From the human T2T-CHM13v2.0 reference genome, Homo sapiens: a DNA stretch of 64,000 bases. The DNA lies in assembly GCF_009914755.1 (NCBI RefSeq), contig NC_060942.1. The stretch is one strand, 5' to 3'. The notes under the pieces were generated by a model, which ran no database searches, was not told the origin of the DNA, and saw only the letters and a program-made list of their open reading frames with translations. The translations under genes were made by a program, and so were the position numbers. The first letter of the stretch is position 1. Each line of letters starts with the position of its first letter. Shown piece after piece: positions 1 through 10,700 of the stretch.

Positions 1-9
1 CTTTGGGGA

Positions 10-26
10 TTTCGCTGGAAGCGGGA
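10..26 (+). promoter_or_regulatory. CENP-B box, dimer A (recurs in each HOR; ~189 box positions in the window across all dimers)
   Basis: TTTCGCTGGAAGCGGGA matches the core NTTCGNNNNANNCGGGN. Confidence 0.93.
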
Positions 27-175
27 ATACATATAAAAAGCACACAGCAGCGTTCTGAGAAACTGCTTTCTGATGTTTGCATTCAAGTCAAAAGTTGAAC
101 ACTCCCTTTCATAGTGCAGTCCTGAAACACTCCTTTTGTAGTATCTGGAACTGGACTTTTGGAGCGCTTTCAGGG

Positions 176-192
176 CTAAGGTGAAAAAGGAA
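176..192 (+). promoter_or_regulatory. pJalpha-type (A-box) site of an A-type monomer; also at 1536-1552 and in each HOR
   Basis: CTAAGGTGAAAAAGGAA at the position homologous to the CENP-B box, one mismatch from the recalled CTAYGGTGRAAAAGGAA motif. Confidence 0.7.
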
Positions 193-346
193 ATATCTTC
201 CCATAAAAACTGGACAGAAGCATTCTCAGAAACTTGTTTATGCTGTATCTACTCAACTAACAAAGTTGAACCTTTCTTTTGATAGAGCAGTTTTGAAATG
301 CTCTTTTTGTGGAATCTGCAAGTGGATATTTGGCTAGTTTTGAGGA

Positions 347-363
347 TTTCGTTGGAAGCGGGA
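347..363 (+). promoter_or_regulatory. CENP-B box, dimer B
   Basis: TTTCGTTGGAAGCGGGA; overlaps the EcoRI site at 362-367. Confidence 0.95.
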
Positions 364-684
364 ATTCATACAAATTGCAGACTGCAGCGTTCTGAGAAAC
401 ATCTTTGTGATGTTTGTATTCAGGACAGAGAGTTGAACATTCCCTATCATAGAGCAGGTTGGAATCACTCCTTTTGTAGTATCTGGAAGTGGACATTTGG
501 AGCGCTTTCAGGCCTATGTTGAAAAAGGAAATATCTTCCCATAACAACTAGACACAAGCATTCTCAGAAACTTGTTTGTGATGTGTGCCCTCTACTGACA
601 GAGTTGAACCTTTCTTTTCATAGAGCAGTTTTGAAACACTCTTTTTGTAGAATCTGCAAGAGGATATTTGCATAGCTTTGAGGA

Positions 685-701
685 TTTCGTGGGAAACGGG
701 A
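685..701 (+). promoter_or_regulatory. CENP-B box, dimer C
   Basis: TTTCGTGGGAAACGGGA; all 9 core positions intact. Confidence 0.93.
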
Positions 702-1026
702 TTGTCTTCAGGTAAAATCTAGACAGAAGCATTCTCAGAAACTTCTTTGGGATGTTTGCATTCAAGTCACAGAGTAGAACATTCCCTTTGGTAGAGCAGG
801 TTTGAAACACTCTTTTTGTAGTATCTGGAAGTGGACATTTGGAGCGCTTTCAGGCCTATGTTGGAAAGGGAAATATCTTCCCGTAACAACTAGGCAGAAG
901 CATTCTCAGAAACTTATTTGAGATGTGTGTACTCAACTAAGAGAATTGAACCACCGTTTTGAAGGAGCAGTTTTGAAACACTCTTTTTCTGGAATCTGCA
1001 AGACGATATTTGCCAAGCCTTGAGGG

Positions 1027-1043
1027 TTTCGTTGGAAACGGGA
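1027..1043 (+). promoter_or_regulatory. CENP-B box, dimer D
   Basis: TTTCGTTGGAAACGGGA. Confidence 0.95.
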
Positions 1044-1368
1044 TTGTCTTCAGATCAAATCTAGACAGAAGCATTCTCAGAAACTTCTTTGGGATGTTTG
1101 CATTCAAGTCACAGAGTAGAACATTCCCTTTGGTAGAGCAGGTTTGAAACACTCTTTTTTTAGTATATGGAAGTGGACATTTGGAGCGCTTTCAGGCCTA
1201 CGTTGGAAAAGGAAATATCTTCCCATAACAACTAGACAGAAGCATTCTCAGAAACTAGTTTCTGATGTGTGTCCTCAACTAACACAGTTGAACATTTCTT
1301 TAGACAGAACAGTTTTGAAACACTCTTTTTGTGGAATCTGCAAGTGGCTATTTGGCTAGATTTGAGGA

Positions 1369-1385
1369 TTTCGTTGGAAACGGGA
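1369..1385 (+). promoter_or_regulatory. CENP-B box, dimer E
   Basis: TTTCGTTGGAAACGGGA. Confidence 0.95.
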
Positions 1386-1706
1386 TTACATATAAAAAGC
1401 AGACAGCAGCATTCTCAGAAAGTTCTTTGTGATGATTGCATTCAAGTCACAGAATTGAACATTCCCTTTCACAGAGCAGGTTTGAAACACTCTTTTTGTA
1501 GTGTGTGTAAGTGGACATTTGGAGCACTTTCCGGCCTAAGGTGAAAAAGGAAATATCTTCCCATAAAAACTAGACAGAAGCACTCTCAGAAACTTACTCG
1601 TGATGTGTGTCCTCAACTAAAGGAGTAGAACCTTTCTTTTCATAGAGAAGTTTTGAAACGCTCTTTTTGTGGAATCTGCAAGTGGATATTTGGCTAGTTT
1701 GGAGGA

Positions 1707-1723
1707 TTTCGTTGGAAGCGGGA
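1707..1723 (+). promoter_or_regulatory. CENP-B box, dimer F
   Basis: TTTCGTTGGAAGCGGGA; overlaps the EcoRI site at 1722-1727. Confidence 0.95.
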
Positions 1724-4700
1724 ATTCATACAAATTGCAGACTGCAGCGTTCTGAGAAACATCTTTGTGATGTTTGTATTCAGGACACAGAGTTGAACAT
1801 TCCCTATCATAGAGCAGGTTTGAATCACTCCTTTTGTAGTATCTGGAAGTGGACATTTGGAGCGCTTTCAGGCCTATGTTGGAAAAGGAAATATCTTCCC
1901 ATAACAACTAGACAGAAGCATTCTCAGAAACTTATTTGAGATGTGTGTACTCAACTAAGAGAATTGAACCACCGTTTTGAAGGAGCAGTTTTGAAACACT
2001 CTTTTTCTGGAATCTGCAAGTGGATATTTGGCTAGCTTTGGGGATTTCGCTGGAAGCGGGAATACATATAAAAAGCACACAGCAGCGTTCTGAGAAACTG
2101 CTTTCTGATGTTTGCATTCAAGTCAAAAGTTGAACACTCCCTTTCATAGTGCAGTCCTGAAACACTCCTTTTGTAGTATCTGGAACTGGACTTTTGGAGC
2201 GCTTTCAGGGCTAAGGTGAAAAAGGAAATATCTTCCCATAAAAACTGGACAGAAGCATTCTCAGAAACTTGTTTATGCTGTATCTACTCAACTAACAAAG
2301 TTGAACCTTTCTTTTGATAGAGCAGTTTTGAAATGCTCTTTTTGTGGAATCTGCAAGTGGATATTTGGCTAGTTTTGAGGATTTCGTTGGAAGCGGGAAT
2401 TCATACAAATTGCAGACTGCAGCGTTCTGAGAAACATCTTTGTGATGTTTGTATTCAGGACAGAGAGTTGAACATTCCCTATCATAGAGCAGGTTGGAAT
2501 CACTCCTTTTGTAGTATCTGGAAGTGGACATTTGGAGCGCTTTCAGGCCTATGTTGAAAAAGGAAATATCTTCCCATAACAACTAGACACAAGCATTCTC
2601 AGAAACTTGTTTGTGATGTGTGCCCTCTACTGACAGAGTTGAACCTTTCTTTTCATAGAGCAGTTTTGAAACACTCTTTTTGTAGAATCTGCAAGAGGAT
2701 ATTTGCATAGCTTTGAGGATTTCGTGGGAAACGGGATTGTCTTCAGGTAAAATCTAGACAGAAGCATTCTCAGAAACTTCTTTGGGATGTTTGCATTCAA
2801 GTCACAGAGTAGAACATTCCCTTTGGTAGAGCAGGTTTGAAACACTCTTTTTGTAGTATCTGGAAGTGGACATTTGGAGCGCTTTCAGGCCTATGTTGGA
2901 AAGGGAAATATCTTCCCGTAACAACTAGGCAGAAGCATTCTCAGAAACTTATTTGAGATGTGTGTACTCAACTAAGAGAATTGAACCACCGTTTTGAAGG
3001 AGCAGTTTTGAAACACTCTTTTTCTGGAATCTGCAAGAGGATATTTGCCTAGCCTTGAGGATTTCGTTGGAAACGGGATTGTCTTCAGATCAAATCTAGA
3101 CAGAAGCATTCTCAGAAACTTCTTTGGGATGTTTGCATTCAAGTCACAGAGTAGAACATTCCCTTTGGTAGAGCAGGTTTGAAACACTCTTTTTTTAGTA
3201 TATGGAAGTGGACATTTGGAGCGCTTTCAGGCCTACGTTGGAAACGGAAATATCTTCCCATAACAACTAGACAGAAGCATTCTCAGAAACTAGTTTCTGA
3301 TGTGTGTCCTCAACTAACACAGTTGAACATTTCTTTAGACAGAACAGTTTTGAAACACTCTTTTTGTGGAATCTGCAAGTGGCTATTTGGCTAGATTTGA
3401 GGATTTCGTTGGAAACGGGATTACATATAAAAAGCAGACAGCAGCATTCTCAGAAAGTTCTTTGTGATGATTGCATTCAAGTCACAGAATTGAACATTCC
3501 CTTTCACAGAGCAGGTTTGAAACACTCTTTTTGTAGTGTGTGTAAGTGGACATTTGGAGCACTTTCCGGCCTAAGGTGAAAAAGGAAATATCTTCCCATA
3601 AAAACTAGACAGAAGCACTCTCAGAAACTTACTCGTGATGTGTGTCCTCAACTAAAGGAGTAGAACCTTTCTTTTCATAGAGAAGTTTTGAAACGCTCTT
3701 TTTGTGGAATCTGCAAGTGGATATTTGGCTAGTTTGGAGGATTTCGTTGGAAGCGGGAATTCATACAAATTGCAGACTGCAGCGTTCTGAGAAACATCTT
3801 TGTGATGTTTGTATTCAGGACACAGAGTTGAACATTCCCTATCATAGAGCAGGTTTGAATCACTCCTTTTGTAGTATCTGGAAGTGGACATTTGGAGCGC
3901 TTTCAGGCCTATGTTGGAAAAGGAAATATCTTCCCATAACAACTAGACAGAAGCATTCTCAGAAACTTATTTGAGATGTGTGTACTCAACTAAGAGAATT
4001 GAACCACCGTTTTGAAGGAGCAGTTTTGAAACACTCTTTTTCTGGAATCTGCAAGTGGATATTTGGCTAGCTTTGGGGATTTCGCTGGAAGCGGGAATAC
4101 ATATAAAAAGCACACAGCAGCGTTCTGAGAAACTGCTTTCTGATGTTTGCATTCAAGTCAAAAGTTGAACACTCCCTTTCATAGTGCAGTCCTGAAACAC
4201 TCCTTTTGTAGTATCTGGAACTGGACTTTTGGAGCGCTTTCAGGGCTAAGGTGAAAAAGGAAATATCTTCCCATAAAAACTGGACAGAAGCATTCTCAGA
4301 AACTTGTTTATGCTGTATCTACTCAACTAACAAAGTTGAACCTTTCTTTTGATAGAGCAGTTTTGAAATGCTCTTTTTGTGGAATCTGCAAGTGGATATT
4401 TGGCTAGTTTTGAGGATTTCGTTGGAAGCGGGAATTCATACAAATTGCAGACTGCAGCGTTCTGAGAAACATCTTTGTGATGTTTGTATTCAGGACAGAG
4501 AGTTGAACATTCCCTATCATAGAGCAGGTTGGAATCACTCCTTTTGTAGTATCTGGAAGTGGACATTTGGAGCGCTTTCAGGCCTATGTTGAAAAAGGAA
4601 ATATCTTCCCATAACAACTAGACACAAGCATTCTCAGAAACTTGTTTGTGATGTGTGCCCTCTACTGACAGAGTTGAACCTTTCTTTTCATAGAGCAGTT

Positions 4701-7700
4701 TTGAAACACTCTTTTTGTAGAATCTGCAAGAGGATATTTGCATAGCTTTGAGGATTTCGTGGGAAACGGGATTGTCTTCAGGTAAAATCTAGACAGAAGC
4801 ATTCTCAGAAACTTCTTTGGGATGTTTGCATTCAAGTCACAGAGTAGAACATTCCCTTTGGTAGAGCAGGTTTGAAACACTCTTTTTGTAGTATCTGGAA
4901 GTGGACATTTGGAGCGCTTTCAGGCCTATGTTGGAAAGGGAAATATCTTCCCGTAACAACTAGGCAGAAGCATTCTCAGAAACTTATTTGAGATGTGTGT
5001 ACTCAACTAAGAGAATTGAACCACCGTTTTGAAGGAGCAGTTTTGAAACACTCTTTTTCTGGAATCTGCAAGAGGATATTTGCCTAGCCTTGAGGATTTC
5101 GTTGGAAACGGGATTGTCTTCAGATCAAATCTAGACAGAAGCATTCTCATAAACTTCTTTGGGATGTTTGCATTCAAGTCACAGAGTAGAACATTCCCTT
5201 TGGTAGAGCAGGTTTGAAACACTCTTTTTTTAGTATATGGAAGTGGACATTTGGAGCGCTTTCAGGCCTACGTTGGAAAAGGAAATATCTTCCCATAACA
5301 ACTAGACAGAAGCATTCTCAGAAACTAGTTTCTGATGTGTGTCCTCAACTAACACAGTTGAACATTTCTTTAGACAGAACAGTTTTGAAACACTCTTTTT
5401 GTGGAATCTGCAAGTGGCTATTTGGCTAGATTTGAGGATTTCGTTGGAAACGGGATTACATATAAAAAGCAGACAGCAGCATTCTCAGAAAGTTCTTTGT
5501 GATGATTGCATTCAAGTCACAGAATTGAACATTCCCTTTCACAGAGCAGGTTTGAAACACTCTTTTTGTAGTGTGTGTAAGTGGACATTTGGAGCACTTT
5601 CCGGCCTAAGGTGAAAAAGGAAATATCTTCCCATAAAAACTAGACAGAAGCACTCTCAGAAACTTACTCGTGATGTGTGTCCTCAACTAAAGGAGTAGAA
5701 CCTTTCTTTTCATAGAGAAGTTTTGAAACGCTCTTTTTGTGGAATCTGCAAGTGGATATTTGGCTAGTTTGGAGGATTTCGTTGGAAGCGGGAATTCATA
5801 CAAATTGCAGACTGCAGCGTTCTGAGAAACATCTTTGTGATGTTTGTATTCAGGACACAGAGTTGAACATTCCCTATCATAGAGCAGGTTTGAATCACTC
5901 CTTTTGTAGTATCTGGAAGTGGACATTTGGAGCGCTTTCAGGCGTATGTTGGAAAAGGAAATATCTTCCCATAACAACTAGACAGAAGCATTCTCAGAAA
6001 CTTATTTGAGATGTGTGTACTCAACTAAGAGAATTGAACCACCGTTTTGAAGGAGCAGTTTTGAAACACTCTTTTTCTGGAATCTGCAAGTGGATATTTG
6101 GCTAGCTTTGGGGATTTCGCTGGAAGCGGGAATACATATAAAAAGCACACAGCAGCGTTCTGAGAAACTGCTTTCTGATGTTTGCATTCAAGTCAAAAGT
6201 TGAACACTCCCTTTCATAGTGCAGTCCTGAAACACTCCTTTTGTAGTATCTGGAACTGGACTTTTGGAGCGCTTTCAGGGCTAAGGTGAAAAAGGAAATA
6301 TCTTCCCATAAAAACTGGACAGAAGCATTCTCAGAAACTTGTTTATGCTGTATCTACTCAACTAACAAAGTTGAACCTTTCTTTTGATAGAGCAGTTTTG
6401 AAATGCTCTTTTTGTGGAATCTGCAAGTGGATATTTGGCTAGTTTTGAGGATTTCGTTGGAAGCGGGAATTCATACAAATTGCAGACTGCAGCGTTCTGA
6501 GAAACATCTTTGTGATGTTTGTATTCAGGACAGAGAGTTGAACATTCCCTATCATAGAGCAGGTTGGAATCACTCCTTTTGTAGTATCTGGAAGTGGACA
6601 TTTGGAGCGCTTTCAGGCCTATTTTGGAAAGGGAAATATCTTCCCGTAACAACTATGCAGAAGCATTCTCAGAAACTTGTTTGTGATGTGTGCCCTCTAC
6701 TGACAGAGTTGAACCTTTCTTTTCATAGAGCAGTTTTGAAACACTCTTTTTGTAGAATCTGCAAGAGGATATTTGCATAGCTTTGAGGATTTCGTGGGAA
6801 ACGGGATTGTCTTCAGGTAAAATCTAGACAGAAGCATTCTCAGAAACTTCTTTGGGATGTTTGCATTCAAGTCACAGAGTAGAACATTCCCTTTGGTAGA
6901 GCAGGTTTGAAACACTCTTTTTGTAGTATCTGGAAGTGGACATTTGGAGCGCTTTCAGGCCTATGTTGGAAAGGGAAATATCTTCCCGTAACAACTAGGC
7001 AGAAGCATTCTCAGAAACTTATTTGAGATGTGTGTACTCAACTAAGAGAATTGAACCACCGTTTTGAAGGAGCAGTTTTGAAACACTCTTTTTCTGGAAT
7101 CTGCAAGAGGATATTTGCCTAGCCTTGAGGATTTCGTTGGAAACGGGATTGTCTTCAGATCAAATCTAGACAGAAGCATTCTCAGAAACTTCTTTGGGAT
7201 GTTTGCATTCAAGTCACAGAGTAGAACATTCCCTTTGGTAGAGCAGGTTTGAAACACTCTTTTTTTAGTATATGGAAGTGGACATTTGGAGCGCTTTCAG
7301 GCCTACGTTGGAAACGGAAATATCTTCCCATAACAACTAGACAGAAGCATTCTCAGAAACTAGTTTCTGATGTGTGTCCTCAACTAACACAGTTGAACAT
7401 TTCTTTAGACAGAACAGTTTTGAAACACTCTTTTTGTGGAATCTGCAAGTGGCTATTTGGCTAGATTTGAGGATTTCGTTGGAAACGGGATTACATATAA
7501 AAAGCAGACAGCAGCATTCTCAGAAAGTTCTTTGTGATGATTGCATTCAAGTCACAGAATTGAACATTCCCTTTCACAGAGCAGGTTTGAAACACTCTTT
7601 TTGTAGTGTGTGTAAGTGGACATTTGGAGCACTTTCCGGCCTAAGGTGAAAAAGGAAATATCTTCCCATAAAAACTAGACAGAAGCACTCTCAGAAACTT

Positions 7701-10700
7701 ACTCGTGATGTGTGTCCTCAACTAAAGGAGTAGAACCTTTCTTTTCATAGAGAAGTTTTGAAACGCTCTTTTTGTGGAATCTGCAAGTGGATATTTGGCT
7801 AGTTTGGAGGATTTCGTTGGAAGCGGGAATTCATACAAATTGCAGACTGCAGCGTTCTGAGAAACATCTTTGTGATGTTTGTATTCAGGACACAGAGTTG
7901 AACATTCCCTATCATAGAGCAGGTTTGAATCACTCCTTTTGTAGTATCTGGAAGTGGACATTTGGAGCGCTTTCAGGCGTATGTTGGAAAAGGAAATATC
8001 TTCCCATAACAACTAGACAGAAGCATTCTCAGAAACTTATTTGAGATGTGTGTACTCAACTAAGAGAATTGAACCACCGTTTTGAAGGAGCAGTTTTGAA
8101 ACACTCTTTTTCTGGAATCTGCAAGTGGATATTTGGCTAGCTTTGGGGATTTCGCTGGAAGCGGGAATACATATAAAAAGCACACAGCAGCGTTCTGAGA
8201 AACTGCTTTCTGATGTTTGCATTCAAGTCAAAAGTTGAACACTCCCTTTCATAGTGCAGTCCTGAAACACTCCTTTTGTAGTATCTGGAACTGGACTTTT
8301 GGAGCGCTTTCAGGGCTAAGGTGAAAAAGGAAATATCTTCCCATAAAAACTGGACAGAAGCATTCTCAGAAACTTGTTTATGCTGTATCTACTCAACTAA
8401 CAAAGTTGAACCTTTCTTTTGATAGAGCAGTTTTGAAATGCTCTTTTTGTGGAATCTGCAAGTGGATATTTGGCTAGTTTTGAGGATTTCGTTGGAAGCG
8501 GGAATTCATACAAATTGCAGACTGCAGCGTTCTGAGAAACATCTTTGTGATGTTTGTATTCAGGACACAGAGTTGAACATTCCCTATCATAGAGCAGGTT
8601 GGAATCACTCCTTTTGTAGTATCTGGAAGTGGACATTTGGAGCGCTTTCAGGCCTATGTTGAAAAAGGAAATATCTTCCCATAACAACTAGACACAAGCA
8701 TTCTCAGAAACTTGTTTGTGATGTGTGCCCTCTACTGACAGAGTTGAACCTTTCTTTTCATAGAGCAGTTTTGAAACACTCTTTTTGTAGAATCTGCAAG
8801 AGGATATTTGCATAGCTTTGAGGATTTCGTGGGAAACGGGATTGTCTTCAGGTAAAATCTAGACAGAAGCATTCTCAGAAACTTCTTTGGGATGTTTGCA
8901 TTCAAGTCACAGAGTAGAACATTCCCTTTGGTAGAGCAGGTTTGAAACACTCTTTTTGTAGTATCTGGAAGTGGACATTTGGAGCGCTTTCAGGCCTATG
9001 TTGGAAAGGGAAATATCTTCCCGTAACAACTAGGCAGAAGCATTCTCAGAAACTTATTTGAGATGTGTGTACTCAACTAAGAGAATTGAACCACCGTTTT
9101 GAAGGAGCAGTTTTGAAACACTCTTTTTCTGGAATCTGCAAGAGGATATTTGCCTAGCCTTGAGGATTTCGTTGGAAACGGGATTGTCTTCAGATCAAAT
9201 CTAGACAGAAGCATTCTCAGAAACTTCTTTGGGATGTTTGCATTCAAGTCACAGAGTAGAACATTCCCTTTGGTAGAGCAGGTTTGAAACACTCTTTTTT
9301 TAGTATATGGAAGTGGACATTTGGAGCGCTTTCAGGCCTACGTTGGAAAAGGAAATATCTTCCCATAACAACTAGACAGAAGCATTCTCAGAAACTAGTT
9401 TCTGATGTGTGTCCTCAACTAACACAGTTGAACATTTCTTTAGACAGAACAGTTTTGAAACTCTCTTTTTGTGGAATCTGCAAGTGGCTATTTGGCTAGA
9501 TTTGAGGATTTCGTTGGAAACGGGATTACATATAAAAAGCAGACAGCAGCATTCTCAGAAAGTTCTTTGTGATGATTGCATTCAAGTCACAGAATTGAAC
9601 ATTCCCTTTCACAGAGCAGGTTTGAAACACTCTTTTTGTAGTGTGTGTAAGTGGACATTTGGAGCACTTTCCGGCCTAAGGTGAAAAAGGAAATATCTTC
9701 CCATAAAAACTAGACAGAAGCATTCTCAGAAACTTACTCGTGATGTGTGTCCTCAACTAAAGGAGTAGAACCTTTGTTTTCATAGAGAAGTTTTGAAACG
9801 CTCTTTTTGTGGAATCTGCAAGTGGATATTTGGCTAGTTTGGAGGATTTCGTTGGAAGCGGGAATTCATACAAATTGCAGACTGCAGCGTTCTGAGAAAC
9901 ATCTTTGTGATGTTTGTATTCAGGACACAGAGTTGAACATTCCCTATCATAGAGCAGGTTTGAATCACTCCTTTTGTAGTATCTGGAAGTGGACATTTGG
10001 AGCGCTTTCAGGCCTATGTTGGAAAAGGAAATATCTTCCCATAACAACTAGACAGAAGCATTCTCAGAAACTTATTTGAGATGTGTGTACTCAACTAAGA
10101 GAATTGAACCACCGTTTTGAAGGAGCAGTTTTGAAACACTCTTTTTCTGGAATCTGCAAGTGGATATTTGGCTAGCTTTGGGGATTTCGCTGGAAGCGGG
10201 AATACATATAAAAAGCACACAGCAGCGTTCTGAGAAACTGCTTTCTGATGTTTGCATTCAAGTCAAAAGTTGAACACTCCCTTTCATAGAGCAGTCCTGA
10301 AACACTCCTTTTGTAGTATCTGGAACTGGACTTTTGGAGCGCTTTCAGGGCTAAGGTGAAAAAGGAAATATCTTCCCATAAAAACTGGACAGAATCATTC
10401 TCAGAAACTTGTTTATGCTGTATCTACTCAACTAACAAAGTTGAACCTTTCTTTTGATAGAGCAGTTTTGAAATGCTCTTTTTGTGGAATCTGCAAGTGG
10501 ATATTTGGCTAGTTTTGAGGATTTCGTTGGAAGCGGGAATTCATACAAATTGCAGACTGCAGCGTTCTGAGAAACATCTTTGTGATGTTTGTATTCAGGA
10601 CAGAGAGTTGAACATTCCCTATCATAGAGCAGGTTAGAATCACTCCTTTTGTAGTATCTGGAAGTGGACATTTGGAGCGCTTTCAGGCCTATGTTGAAAA

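Larger units (their letters stand above)
10..2044 (+). repeat. Representative canonical 12-mer HOR (dimers A-B-C-D-E-F)
   Basis: Box-to-box spacing is 337+338+342+342+338+338 = 2035, and the next copy starts at 2045. Of 28 A-to-A intervals, 23 are 2034-2035 bp. Confidence 0.97.
1..8300 (+). repeat. HOR haplotype block I (about four 12-mers)
   Basis: Private SNVs ATAGtGCAGT (115, 2150, 4185, 6220, 8255) and CAcTCTCAGA (1583, 3618, 5653, 7688); not seen from ~9.7 kb onward. Confidence 0.85.

Noticed and set aside
30-40. TATA-like CATATAAAAAG after boxes A and E
   Set aside because: Ordinary monomer sequence; no independent evidence of promoter function.
376-386. Short dyads TGCAG-A-CTGCA and TTCT-C/G-AGAA (cruciform or STAT-like sites)
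   Set aside because: Stems are only 4-5 bp and are standard alphoid features; no specific function can be claimed from sequence.
10-2044. Assignment to DXZ1 (also a 12-mer)
   Set aside because: DXZ1 is pentameric (SF3) and ~2057 bp, whereas this HOR is 2035 bp with strict dimeric CENP-B box spacing.
6403-6780. Longer 125-aa ORF (also at 26752, 30822, 34892, 36927)
   Set aside because: Stop-codon loss caused by the variant B tail; a haplotype marker, not a gene.
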